A stretch of DNA of 62,185 nucleotides, the filler included. It is 5 parts of 5 records of this genome, joined end to end, with 100 filler letters (N's around TTAATTAATTAA, not from the genome) between each part and the next. Parts side by side here need not be neighbours in the genome. Positions count along the whole stretch, not along the records: positions 27,874 to 34,498 come from SRR2962707_4793; positions 34,599 to 44,696 come from SRR2962707_4801; positions 44,797 to 62,185 come from SRR2962707_4810; 2 more parts are not named here. One strand, 5' to 3'. The translations under genes and the position numbers were made by a program. A model generated the notes under the pieces. It did not search any database. It was not told the DNA's origin and saw nothing but the letters and a program-made list of their open reading frames with translations. Shown here piece after piece: positions 32,665-45,652 of the stretch. The stretch's first letter is position 1; each line of letters begins with the position of its first letter.

Positions 32665-33553
32665 TCTGAATGTTCCGCCATTCGCTGATCGCGATGCCCG
32701 CGAGGATGAGGACAAGTCCGGCGAGCACGCGGATCTTCAACTCTTCGCCGAAGACGAGGAAGCCTGTCACGGCCGCGAAAACGGGGACGAGATAGTTGGA
32801 GAGCGAGACGAAAGTCGGTCCCGTCTTGCGGACCAGATGGAAGAAGACGAGCGCGGCAAATCCCGTCGAGAAGACGCCGAGCCCCGCTACGCCGAGAAGC
32901 GACGCCGTGCTCGCTTCGCCAAGCGAGGCGGGCGGCGTCGCGGTGCTCGCCATCGCCGTTCCGATCAGCGCTCCGGCCAGCATGACGCCGGATGATTTCG
33001 CGACGAGCGGCATGTCGGGCGCGCGCCGCGCCATCACATTGTTGCAGGCGAAGAAGAAGGCGCCGGCCAGCACGGCAAGCTGCCCCCATATCTTGTTGCC
33101 GCCGTCCGCCAGACCGGCGAGCGCGCCCGGGCCGATCACGACGACGAGCCCGGCAAAGCCGACGAGAAATCCGGCGGTCCGCATCGGCGTGATCCGGTCT
33201 TCCGGTACGAAGAAGCGGGCGATGACGAGCGTCGCAAGCGGCGTGAAGCCGATCAGGATGCCGGCAAGCGCGGAGGAGACATGCTGCTGTCCCCAGCTGA
33301 TGACGAAGAACGGCGCGATGTTGCCGACCAGCGCCAGCGCCGCGAACCAGCCCCATGCCTTCGCGCCGAGGGCGAGGCTTTCGCGCATCGCGAAGGCAAG
33401 CGGCAGGAGCAAGGCCGCGCCTGCGATCAGCCGTCCCGCCATCGTCCATTCCGGCGCAACCGTTTCCACCGCGATCTTGGCGAAGGCGAAGGCCGAGCCC
33501 CAAAGCGCGACGAGCAGGCCGAGCATGAGCCAATGTGACAATTTCTGCGCCAA
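32654..33553 (-). CDS. DMT/EamA-family transporter (start uncertain)
   Basis: LWGSAF, two EamA repeats, YLVPVFA..FGE. Confidence 0.88.
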   Translation of the reverse strand: MAQKLSHWLMLGLLVALWGSAFAFAKIAVETVAPEWTMAGRLIAGAALLLPLAFAMRESLALGAKAWGWFAALALVGNIAPFFVISWGQQHVSSALAGILIGFTPLATLVIARFFVPEDRITPMRTAGFLVGFAGLVVVIGPGALAGLADGGNKIWGQLAVLAGAFFFACNNVMARRAPDMPLVAKSSGVMLAGALIGTAMASTATPPASLGEASTASLLGVAGLGVFSTGFAALVFFHLVRKTGPTFVSLSNYLVPVFAAVTGFLVFGEELKIRVLAGLVLILAGIAISEWRNIQTKE

Positions 33554-33659
33554 GGCGATTCCCGTCAGGCTGGTTTTTCCGGTTCGCGTCCTAACACACT
33601 CAATGCCGCGGAATCCCACGGGTTCCGTGCAATGCGATTTTCCGCCACGGGACTGTCAT

Positions 33660-33688
33660 TTGACTTGCCCCCGGCACAGGCATATACG
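33660..33688 (+). promoter_or_regulatory. Putative sigma70 promoter of serC
   Basis: TTGACT-N17-TATACG, about 57 bp upstream of the ATG. Confidence 0.55.
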
Positions 33689-33745
33689 CAGCGGCGGGAC
33701 ACCCCTCCCCACCGAGGGGCAGCTATCTGAAAGGGTAGGTTGCAA

Positions 33746-34498
<753 letters not shown>

Positions 34499-34598
34499 NN
34501 NNNNNNNNNNNNNNNNNNNNNNNNNNNNNNNNNNNNNNNNNNTTAATTAATTAANNNNNNNNNNNNNNNNNNNNNNNNNNNNNNNNNNNNNNNNNNNN
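34499..34598. other. Artificial contig-join spacer
   Basis: N run with TTAATTAATTAA. Confidence 0.98.
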
Positions 34599-34679
34599 CA
34601 GGGATAACTTCAACGCGTTGTATTACACATGCTCTCTCCTCCTCTGCCTGCAGATCTGCAACTGGGCGTTCAGCTTCAA

Positions 34680-34719
34680 GAGAGAGAGGGAGGGAGGGAG
34701 TGAGTGAGAGCGAGAGAGA
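34680..34719. repeat. GA-rich simple repeat
   Basis: gagagagagggagggagggagtgagtgagagcgagagaga. Confidence 0.75.
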
Positions 34720-35160
34720 TTGCCCCACAAAGTCTCAGCATCCGCTAAACTTCTAAACTCTCCAGAAGCCTTTTCCCACCGGGCCCTGTACTTTGCCTTG
34801 ACAATCCGGCAAATAGTGAGTATATTATTAATTTTGCACTTTTGGTAGTTACTGAAACTTGGTCGCTTGCTCACGGGCGCTCAAGCGCTCGCTCGCTCGC
34901 TCACGCACGTCATCACTCTCGCTCCAGCGCTCTTCACTCAAGGTGCGGTGCGTTCGTTCGACTTCGACTTGAAGACAGCGCGGTGAACTGCTGCTGCTTC
35001 GACTTCCTTCGACTTTCAAAAGGAAGTCGGTGGGTGGCTTCGGACTGCGGCGTCGAGACCAACGCTGAATCGGCGTCAACTTCCGACCGACTTCAACTCG
35101 ACGACGGCGAGGACGCGGAGTGTGCGAGACGTTAGGTGAGGGTTCGATGTGACATACTCT

Positions 35161-35200
35161 TACATACATACATACAGACAGACATACAGACATACACACA
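35161..35200. repeat. (CATA)/(CAGA) microsatellite, possibly inside a 5'-UTR intron
   Basis: Directly visible; GT at ~35136 and CAG at 35344 flank it. Confidence 0.7.
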
Positions 35201-35394
35201 TTCATCATGTGAAATTGGTCGCTCGATGTTAAGGCACGACTGGCTAGCTTATTCGAGTGTCTTCTGTCTTTGCTTTTTTCTCTTTTTTTTTTCATTTGTA
35301 AATCGGGCGGAGTGACCGGAAGCACAGTTGAGAGTATTGTGCAGGTGATGCGGGGCGTTGCGTTCTTGGCAACGAAAAGTGAGACACTTTGAAG

Positions 35395-38300
35395 ATGCCT
35401 GAAATACGGCATGCAGTCGCTGTGGCAACTGTCACCCTGTTTTTGTTTTGTGGAGCGCTGCTGGACACCATTGACTCCACCGAGGCGGCGTATGTACCGT
35501 CCATGAGCCAAACTCCGTTGTCGTTCACTGTCCGAGCTCTGCTGGTTGTGCGCGGAGCCAAAGCGTTGTCAGAGTACAAGCACCTTTTTCCCAACGGTCG
35601 CGACATCGACGACAAGTACTTTGGTCACACCGGCAGTTATTCCCTCGGCGAGGATCCAGACTTAGGAGGAGAGTACTTTGGCCACAACGAATTGGGCCGT
35701 GATTTTTGTGCCTTTGATCGCTCTTGGAATGTGCGGCTTTGCGCAGCTGACAGCGATGCGGACGGCCAGACCAATGCTCTTGAAATGGGAGATCCGTGTT
35801 GTGGCTGGACAACAAGCAACACCTGGTACAGCACAACTGGCTACACGTCGTCTGACCTCGGGCATCCAGGAGACGCATCTCTGCAATCAACGCGAACCCC
35901 GCCACTTGCATGTCAAGATACTTGGGGGGGGCAGTGCCCTCTGCTCGAATGGTCTGCTCCAACCGTGTCTGGGCCAGGGCCGCCCGCCAAGAGTGCGGGA
36001 CTCCGGGCCATCAGCATTCGCTCATCCTCTGGAAACCGCGACGACGTTCTGGTCTTCGGCTTGGACGGATCTGCCGCGAACAAAAGCGCAAGTGCCTGTA
36101 CATGGTCCCTCACACTTGACAATGACGCTGAAACAGCTAAGTGGTCGCTGTTGTCCTCAGAGCAGAGCGCACCCATCCAAGCGAGTGTTGTCGGTCACCA
36201 TTCAGCGTTTGCTTACGATGCTGTCGCACACCGTGTTGTGTCCTTTGGTGGCCTAATGGCCAGTGGTGAAGCAATTGGGAGAACAGGGAGCTACAATATC
36301 GACACCAACACATGGAACATTGTTGGCGAACCAGATGATGTTGTGCCAGAACCCCGGTACAACTGTGCTCTTTTTTGTGGCCTGCGAAATACCGCTGCGC
36401 ATGTGCCTGCTATTGTTTGCCACCTTGGTGCCTAGCTAACGCAAGGGGCGCCCCGACACCTTTGACCTGAATTTTTCGGAAATGTCCTTTTAGGTATGGT
36501 GCCTCAGCAGGTGTCATTGGAAATGTCATGGTCATTATCGGGGGTCGCCATGCTAACGGTGGCGGGTTTTTCAATGACATTTGGGGGTTTAACATGTCGA
36601 CCAACACCTGGCTGAGGCTCTCGTCGTCAGCTCCTGTACCGGGCATTGACATTTTGAGCAATCCTGCAGCTGTTCTCTCCACGACGCGCCAAGTGTTGGT
36701 GACAAGCCGCAACCCACGTCAACAATGGCTTTGGAGCTATGATACACACCTTTGGGAGCGTACTTACTTCGGGTTAATTCCTGATACCGGTTCTGAAGTC
36801 TTCGCACTTAGCAGCTCTGGCAGCTCTGTGTACGTGCTGGATTGCAACAGTTCATCCAATGGTGCTGTAATTTGGGCAACATCGAACCGCACAATGCGCG
36901 GGGAGCAACGCAGTAGTACTCCAACGCGATGGGAAATGCTTAGTATTGCTGCTGACACCTCGCTCACGTTCAACGTTTCAGTTGCCGAGAGAACTCCAAG
37001 TGTGCTTAGCTACATTTGGGGGAGTGGTGACCTCATTGCTGGAGCGGGGCGTATGGTCGCCCTCGGGAGAAAAATTGACTCACGTTCGCAAAATGATGTT
37101 GACGGGGATGCAGTTGTTGACGTCACACTTTTTCAGCCGGCGGGCGATGGCTCTATTGCCAACTGCTGGTTTGCGCCCCCAGACGAAGGGGAAGAAACAA
37201 ACACGTCCATTACCAAGCTCCTTGTGCGCGGGTATGACGCGAGCACACTGCTCAAAGATGAGGCTGGGTAAGTTTAAGTCTATTGCCACAGAGTTTACCG
37301 TTGGAAATGTTTGTGCTCACGTGCGGAAGTCGCATCCTGTCCAGGTTTTACAAGGTGGGACTCTCCTGGACACTCCATCCCGATGGACGTGGCGCACGAT
37401 ATGCACTTCGCGCGGAAACGAACGGCTACGTCAGCTTTGCTTGGGTAAATGCTAATTGGCCCATGACCGATGATTTTCAGTACGAAGGTAAAATGTACGG
37501 AGCGGATGGCGTCTTTGGGTGGTTCGATGATGATGGCATTGGCCACGTGGAATCGTACGTTGGACGACATGTCGACGCATGTTTAATGAGAAGCTAGCGA
37601 AAAAGTATACATTTGCAATACAGTGTTGATGGTGCGCATCGGTCACGCTTTCTCCGTTCCCCCGCTTACCAAACGTTGAAATAGGTACTTTATGCCAACG
37701 TACGAATCAGCCGACATTTTGGCAGCAAAGAAAAGCAATGATTACGTTAACAACGTCACGCTTTACCGCGAAAATGGCTTCACAACGCTTGAATTTGAGC
37801 GAGCCTTTGAAGCAGCTGACGAAAGTCAGGACGTCGCCGTCGATCCAGATGGATCGTGGATGATGTGGGCCTTTGCACACGAAGGCTTGTTTCCCAATTG
37901 GGCTTCGGAGGGCGACCTAATGATCACGCACAGTGATCGCCACGAAGCTTTCATTGAGTGGGTTCATGTTGATCGATACCACGCTGAGCAAGATTTGGCC
38001 ATACTGCTTGGCGAGGTAACAACTGCGCCTCCAATGTTCTGCGACGCCCTTCACGACGACAGTGCCTTCGAACTGGGAGCCCCGTACGGTGCTAATGTTG
38101 GAAACTGTTCAGGAGCTTCAAATGGGGACACCTGTGTGCTCATTTGCAATGTTACACAAGGATTCAAACCCTTGACATCGACTGCAGAGTGTGTTGGGGG
38201 ACAATGGTGCGTGATGTGTCACTGGCTGGTATTCTATTCGCCCATATCCTGGAGCGAGAAGTGGACCAAAATTAATGCTGCACTCTCCGTTTTGACCTTG

Positions 38301-41300
38301 AAGGTATTTTCCGGCCGTATTTGAGTGCGAAGCGCTCCAGTGTCGCGAGCTTGACTTGTTTGTTTTGCTAGAAAACGCCGGTCTCAGCGACTACGTCACC
38401 GTTCCGATCCATCACGAGCAAAATGTTGTGAATTTTGTTTCTGGCGTCAACTATTCACTCCCCTGTCGCCCTGGCTTGAATCGCGACCCGAGTGTCAACG
38501 CACTCGCGGTGCTGTCCTGTTCCGGGTTTCAAAACATCAACGGTGACGTGTTTGGTGTGTGGAGTTTCCCTTCGGCTCGTTCGCTTGACGCAGCTCGAGC
38601 ATGTGAGCCAGTGACGAATTACTGTGCTCCGTTTGAAGCTGGCAACTTTGCTGGAGCATTTCCAACCACGATGGCCGCAACCTGTTCTGGCAACGCTTTG
38701 GGAGACACGTGCGAATTCAGTTGCCCCGCCTTCGGATACCAACCTGCATCCGCTCTTGCCACATGCGTCACCTCTTTCTCGGACACGAACGTCGGCGAGT
38801 GGTCGAACTCACACCTTGAGTGCGTCAAGATTACTGGCTTCTGTGCAAACACCGTGGAAACGGACATTGCAGGCGCACTGAACGCTGTCTTTCCCGCATG
38901 TGTTGGCCCAAACGCCACCGTGGATGCCGCTTGCATTGGGCAATGCTTACCTGGGTCAGTGAAAAGCGAAAAATATTCTGCATTCAAAGTGTGCCTTGTG
39001 GCTTGAGCCTGCAAAATAGTGAGGGTGTTAATTTTTGATTCGTTGCTACAGATTTGACTCTCCGACCCCCTCTGTCAATGTGACATGCGGGGTCAATGGA
39101 AGATGGGAGAACAGCTATGCCATCGAGAACTGCACTGAGATTGCTGGATTTTGTGCAGCCGCAACACTCCCTCTGGTGCTTGGCTCATTTCAGTGGTTCA
39201 ACAAGACTCAGTGTATGGAACAGTCAACAGTGGGCTCAAAGTGTCACGGAAGCTGCACAGGGTCTGACAAACTGGTCACTATTTCGTGCTTGTCAGATGG
39301 TTCCTGGTCAGTCCCCGAAACTTTTAATTGCGAGGGCCGATGTTCAACCAAGCTGGAGTTAAATGCAACGCTGTCAGGCCCTGCTTGCGATGGCGCTGCA
39401 ACGGACGACTCTTGGGAAATTGTGGTTGGGGACGAGTGCTCATTGACAACACCGATTGGTATTCAATGCGTTGCATACTCTGGTGACCTGGTGGTCGATG
39501 GTCCAGTTCTCTGTGGAAGCGTTGACTTTCCTGCCTCCTGCAGCGCGATGCCAGACTATTGCCCTCCACTTGAGCGTCAGCTGGTTCCCAATGCTACTGA
39601 CTGGGGCTGTGATCCCCCGGACAATTCTGTCGAGTCAATCTGTACGTCGCAGTGCGCGACTGGTTTTTTTCCATCCGGGTCTCCAGGCGTCATAGGTGGC
39701 AGTTTGTCTGCAAAAATTCGCATGCAGTGTGGATTGGATGGCATGTGGGTGGCACTGGGAAACAACCCAACCCGCTGTGACCCAATTCCTGATTTTTGCC
39801 CTGTTGCTTCCGAGTTCTTTGCTGCTACAGAAGATCAGCATTGGTCATGGTCAGCTCCATGTGATATTGGAGTTGTTGGCCAAGTGTGTAGAACGTCTTG
39901 TGCGTTTGGATACTACGACGCCGAGTCCACATCCAAATGTGTCGCCGATGGTACTTGGAGCCCTGGAAATATTTCGGTTGCATGCGAGCTTGTGGTGGAC
40001 TACTGTGATTTGCAAGACCTCGCTGCAATGGCAGCCATCACTGGTGTAATTAATCACGGGCGTATTCTGTGCACGCCGTCAAGTTTAAAGGATGTTGATG
40101 TCCTCGACCCCTTTGGTGACGCTGGTTTTGGAGTACCGCTGGGAACCAATTGCTCGCTTGTTTGTGACGCTGGATATCACCTATCCAACGGTGCAGACGC
40201 GGGGTATTCCCGGTGCGCGACCAATTTACAGTTGGAAGGCCAATGGGAGGTGCAGTCGTCAGACCCACCAACTTGCATAGCCGATGCAAACTATTGCCCT
40301 GCTGCTCCTGAATTAGAGTTTCAGAATGCCGACTGGTTCTGTGAGGATTCACGTTCAATTGGTGAAGCGTGCTATTCTGCATGCAGTCTGGGATTCGAGG
40401 GCCCAGGGTATGTTCCATCAAATTCATGCACGTCGAGTTGAACTAAAATGCCCGGTACCTCGCGCAACGAGGATTTGCATTGATTCTGCTGTTGCTGTCT
40501 GCGTTTCCTGTTTCGTTCATGTATTGGATGCCGCTGAACTAGGTTTTCTTTTTGGCACTCTCTCAACCTTTTCAACAACCGGAGTGCCAACGCAGTTGCT
40601 CTATGCGACACTGACGGCAATTGGAGAGTGGACGATCTTCTCGCAATGGATTGTGTTCGCTCGCCAAGCATTTGTTCCCGCGCTCCTCCCAGTTCCCTTG
40701 GACGAGTGTGGGCTGATTGTAGTGGTCGATCGGCAGGCGACAATTGTTCGGCTTTTTGCGACACTGGTTACCGGTACGACTGTGAAAGATGTTCATCATG
40801 TCTCACATGCCAAAAACGCACATGTGCCCGAAACGCTCAGCTCTGGTCTTGAATCCATAGGTATGGCGACAGCAAAGGGGTCTCCGCGCATCCAGAAATT
40901 GAGCTGTACGGGGAGCTTTCGTTTTGCAACGCAACGACGCAGCAATGGACCGCCGTGCGGCAAACATGCAGCCTGGAGCCAGAATTTTGCCCTGGATCTA
41001 TCAGTGAGTCGGTCGTCGACTTTGAAGAAAAGGGATGGCATGCGAAAGGACTGGGTTTTTCGTCAATCCCGTGCTTGGAGCGCTCTCTTGGGTCTGTATG
41101 TGCGGTGCGCTGTGCGGACGAATACGTCTCAAATGATGCAGTCGCTGTATGTGAGTCATCGGGGCAGTGGAAGCTTCCTCGCTTGGAGTGCGTCCTCGCG
41201 ACTTCTGAAGACGAGCTCAATGTTCCAGGAATGGCCCAGTTCCTCACGATTTCGGGGGAACGGGGACGCCTGCTTGGTTTATCGTGGAACCGTTTGAACG

Positions 41301-44300
41301 GCGATGAGATGCAACCAGCTGGGTTGGTTAAATTTTGCCACAGTCTGCTTTCATTGTGTTCTTGTGTTTGCGCCCATCAGAGGCACTTTTCAACCAGCTT
41401 CGTCACTGGTACGTTTGTATTCTTTGTGCAGGTACCTTGACCTCGCCATTCGCACGCGTCAAGACCAAGGGTATCTGGGCGTGGCATTTGGGGCAGTTGA
41501 AGAACTCATGATACCCGGCGATGGGGTGTGGGGTTGGGTTGATACCAGCGGCGAGGCCCACATTCTCGCAAATCGAATGGAGTCGTGCGTCTAGAATTGG
41601 CTGGCGGGCACCTGAACTTGTGGCGTGCGCACGCGTTTAGTAACAGTGGTTTACCGTGCGATGCACGCGATTGTTACGTGCAGGTACTTGGTCAGTGAAC
41701 TGGAGCTCACAGGTCTGAGCGATGACTACGTGGTTGACTGGGAGATTTCCGTTGAAGACGGATTTCAGGTAGTTTTCTTCTCCATTGCAAATTACTTCGG
41801 TGCTGCTCCGCTTGGGACCTAGCCTGGCTTCACAGTGCTGCGTTCTCATGCCCGGCTTTTCTAGACCTTTCGTGTCATCCTGCGCTTGGACGAAGTGGGT
41901 TTTTCTGGGAATCTAGTTCCCATCAAGTATGCCGCACTGACGCACTTTCAGTGGGCACTCAGTGACACTGAGGGGCTTACCATGCACACTGAGTGGGGAG
42001 CACTGGACGTAAATTTCTCGCACAACTACACCGGCGAAGGCGCAATCGCTACAGAGCAACATGATGAGCTCGATACAGTTGAAGTGACATACGTTGCGCT
42101 TGTTTGCGTGTGCTACGTCGGCCTTGTTACAACACTTGGCGTCATTTCATTCTTGCTTCCTCGCACGTTTCTTGCCTGCAATCATTCCTGTGGTCAGCTT
42201 CGTTGCTGCCGCGGCTCCACACTGGCAAATGTTCCTGACTCGACTGCGCACGGCACAATTCGACACCCTCGCAGCAACTGCTGGGCCGAAGGCTGGGCTC
42301 GAGTTGCAAGGTGGCCCATGTGGGCACGCACTGTGACATTCGATGGCATTTTGGTTGCGATGGACTGGTCTTTTATGGTTTGGACGTTCTATGGTGCAAC
42401 GCTTGCCGTGCTCGTCGCCTTTTTCTGGATGCTCAACAAGACAGGCGTTGAGGCAGCGAGATCGACCGGATGGATTTGTGTCGCTGTATTTGCGCTCTTG
42501 ATGATTCCCGCCAGTCGCGACTCATTTGTGCTGAAGATGATGCGGCTACCTTTTGACCGGGCAGTTGCGCACCATCGTGCCCTTGGCCGGGCTTTTGTGG
42601 TTTGTGAGATTGCTCATCTCAGCGTCATTCTTCGGGACTGGGGATTGACAGTCAGCAAGGCTCAAGAAAATTTTGGAACCGGCAATGTCATTCCTGTTTG
42701 GGGTTGGGTTACATTTGCGCTAACTTTGGCTGGAGCGGTACTTTCCGTGGAATGGTTTCGGCGTCGTTTGTTTGAAGTGTTCTACTACTCGCACCTTGTC
42801 ATGTTCTTTATGGCGTTGTGGTCCATGGCCGTGCACATCAACATTGTGCCGTTCCTTACTCTGTTTGGTGTTGAGCAAGAGCTCACAAAAACCAGTCTCA
42901 ATTCGTTTCTTGGGTTTTATGGGGGGATTGGACTACCCGTGCTGCTGTCCGTTAAGAAGTTTGCTGGATGTGCAAACGTTTCACTTGTTCTGCTGCGTTG
43001 TGTCGTGCATGCAGTCACGAAGTGGGGTATTTTCTGTAACGTAGGTATATCATTGATCGAGTACATCGCGGCATCGTTGCAGACGGTGCGTGCGGTCGGC
43101 CGGCTGGCTATCGCGTCATTCGCGCGGAAGTGCAAAAGTCTGGTGGCGGTGAACACGTTGTGTTCCTCGTCGTTCGACAACCTCGCGCACGGCACAAAGA
43201 CGGTGTAGTGCCGAGGATTCAATACCATGCTGGACAATACGTTTTTTTGGCGTTTCCTCAACTTTCGAGACTTGAATCCCATCCGTACACGATATCCTCT
43301 GCGCCGCCTTCCGACCACGATTGGGCGATCGCCAGCAATCCAGCCCTTGTGCGAAGAGCAAAAGTTGACCCGGATGATCAGACAGGTGAAGCTCAATGGA
43401 CCAACGACCAATTTGACATGAAATTTCACATCAAGACTCTTGGAGATCACACACTGGCCCTTGCCCGGTTGGTGCGTGAGTACTCTCGAAACCCCGAAGG
43501 CATCGATGTCCGGGTTCAGGGCCCTTACGGCAGCGTGCGCTTCGACCCGTTCATGTATCCCCGCATAATTCTTGTTGCGGGCGGCATCGGTGTGACCCCT
43601 TTGATCAGTATTGTTGAAACGGTTGTTCGGGAGGCGCGCTTCCGGGAGCAAATGAAGACCGCCGGTGTTGAAACGGGTGAGATTGCAGAGTTCTCTGGCC
43701 GTCAGAAAAACAAGCTGGCCAGGCCGATGCGACAGGAAGTCATACTGTTATGGTCCACGCGTTCTCTGCAAGAAGTCAAACTGTTTGAGCGCGTTTTGAA
43801 TGGAGCACTGTCGCTTCCTCCTGTTGATGGAAGTGCTCAAGAGGCCCAAGGGCCGTGTGTTTCAGTGATGACTCGGGTTTTCTTGACAACTGGGCGTGGG
43901 AAACCGGCTCAACCAAAGCCACCGAAAAGCGTCAATATTGTGCCGGTCAGTCGTACGTATGTCACCAACATGGCCGATGCCGACGTGGACACCACCAAAA
44001 ATCCAAACGAAAGTGACGAAGACGGCTTGCAACATGCGTCAAATAGAACTGCACAAATCGCAACTTCACCAGGTGCTAGCCGTCGACAACCAAGGAGAGG
44101 TGGCGGCCGGGGAATCAATGGGGATGAAGAGGGCGACACGGAGTTGTCCCCCAGCTTGCGCGCGTGCGTACAACGTGGGCGCCCCGACTATGAAGTCGAA
44201 TTTGACCGGTTCCTACATATGGATCCGCCTCTCACAAACACAGGCTTGAATAGTGCTGAAGCCACCGTGGACAACAACACGCACCAGCCAAGCAGGCCAA

Positions 44301-44446
44301 CCACGGCTGCCGCAAAAACGAAAGACGCTGTGGACCCCGAGTCGTGCTGTGTGCTGGCGTGTGGACCGTGGCAGATGATTGTGGCTGCACAGTGCGCTGC
44401 CTACCGCCGTGGATTCATTTTCCACAAAGAAGTATTTGACTTATAG
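35395..44446 (+). CDS. Spliced multidomain ferric-reductase-superfamily protein: SP-temptin-Kelch-DOMON-(Cys-rich CCP-like)n-DOMON-FRD-FAD-NADPH, ~2629 aa
   Basis: Eleven GT-AG introns (36357-36493, 37268-37344, 37555-37684, 38207-38303, 38955-39051, 40408-40542, 40774-40860, 41323-41431, 41585-41683, 41769-41864, 42947-43044) join the ORF fragments into a 7890-nt frame. Motifs: DSDADGQTNALEMGDPCC, HHRALGR..H, FYYSH..H, GQYVFL..HPYTISS, GPYG, AGGIGVTP, CGP, HKEVF. Confidence 0.85.
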
Positions 44447-44696
44447 CATGCCTGTCTGTCTCCCGCACGGCCCATTCCGACCCGCAGCGCAGGCGTTCAT
44501 TGCGAGTCGGCGCGCCACCGCATTATTTGACAGGGTTTGTCTGTCTGGAAAAGCTGCGTGGCGAGGAATTTCTTTAAAATACGATTTTACAATAGCATTC
44601 AGCACAGTATCCAGAATAGTTTTACAGAATACTACTTTAGACCACTACCGGTATTTTACGGCTCTTGCCCAACCACTTATTATGCGTCCTCACCAA

Positions 44697-44796
44697 NNNN
44701 NNNNNNNNNNNNNNNNNNNNNNNNNNNNNNNNNNNNNNNNTTAATTAATTAANNNNNNNNNNNNNNNNNNNNNNNNNNNNNNNNNNNNNNNNNNNN
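44697..44796. other. Artificial contig-join spacer
   Basis: N run with TTAATTAATTAA. Confidence 0.98.
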
Positions 44797-44797
44797 C

Positions 44798-45628
44798 ATG
44801 CAGATGATCGCCGAGATCTACGGCATCATGCGCGACGGGCTGGGCATGAGCCCGACGGACTGCGCCAAGGTTTTCGAGGAATGGGACAAGGGACCGCTCG
44901 ACAGCTATCTCATCGAAATCACCGGCCATGTGCTCAATGCGATGGATGACGAGTCCGGCAAGCCGCTGGTCGAAGTGATCCTCGACGCCGCCGGGCAGAA
45001 GGGCACCGGCCGCTGGTCGGCCATCGAAGCGCTCAATCTGGGCATTTCGGCCACCACGATCGAAGGTGCTGTCGCCGCGCGGTCGATTTCGGCCATGAAG
45101 GACGAACGCGTCCGGGGCGAGGAAATCTACGGCGCCGGGGCAAAGGGCAACGCCACCATTTCGCTTGAGGCGCTGGAAAAGGCGCTGCTGGCCGGCAAGA
45201 TCGCCGCTTATGCGCAGGGCTTTGCCGTCATGGCCAAGGCATCTGAGGAAAACGGCTGGAACCTGCCGCTGGCGACAATCGCCAAGATCTGGCGGGCCGG
45301 CTGCATCATCCGTTCGCGCTTCCTCGATCAGATTTCCCAGGCGTTCGACAGTGGTGGGGCGGCCAATCTTCTGACCCAGCCAGCCTTTATCGACATGATG
45401 AAGGACAGCAATGGCGCATTGCGTGCGGTGGTTGCGACCTGCGCGATCAACGAATTGCCCGCGCCGTGCCTCTCGTCGGCCCTGGCCTATTTCGATGCTT
45501 ACCGGCAGGGACGGGGAACGACAAACCTGACCCAGGGGCAGCGCGACTTCTTCGGCGCCCACGGGTTCAAGCGTTTGGACAAGGATGGTGACTTCCACCA
45601 CACCTGGCCGAGCCTGATCGGTAAATGA
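44798..45628 (+). CDS. gnd: 6-phosphogluconate dehydrogenase (decarboxylating), 5'-truncated
   Basis: MQMIAE, GQKGTGRW, WRAGCIIRS, QRDFFGAHGF. Confidence 0.97.
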   Translation: MQMIAEIYGIMRDGLGMSPTDCAKVFEEWDKGPLDSYLIEITGHVLNAMDDESGKPLVEVILDAAGQKGTGRWSAIEALNLGISATTIEGAVAARSISAMKDERVRGEEIYGAGAKGNATISLEALEKALLAGKIAAYAQGFAVMAKASEENGWNLPLATIAKIWRAGCIIRSRFLDQISQAFDSGGAANLLTQPAFIDMMKDSNGALRAVVATCAINELPAPCLSSALAYFDAYRQGRGTTNLTQGQRDFFGAHGFKRLDKDGDFHHTWPSLIGK

Positions 45629-45652
45629 ACCAGAGGCCGGGGCAACCCGGCC

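Noticed and set aside
34599-35135. Short ORFs upstream of the reductase gene
   Set aside because: Low-complexity sequence with no motifs; probably promoter or UTR.
35490-35574. Extra intron near the 5' end of the reductase gene
   Set aside because: The good donor (35490) and acceptor (35572) do not preserve the frame, and the region is open anyway. Left unresolved.
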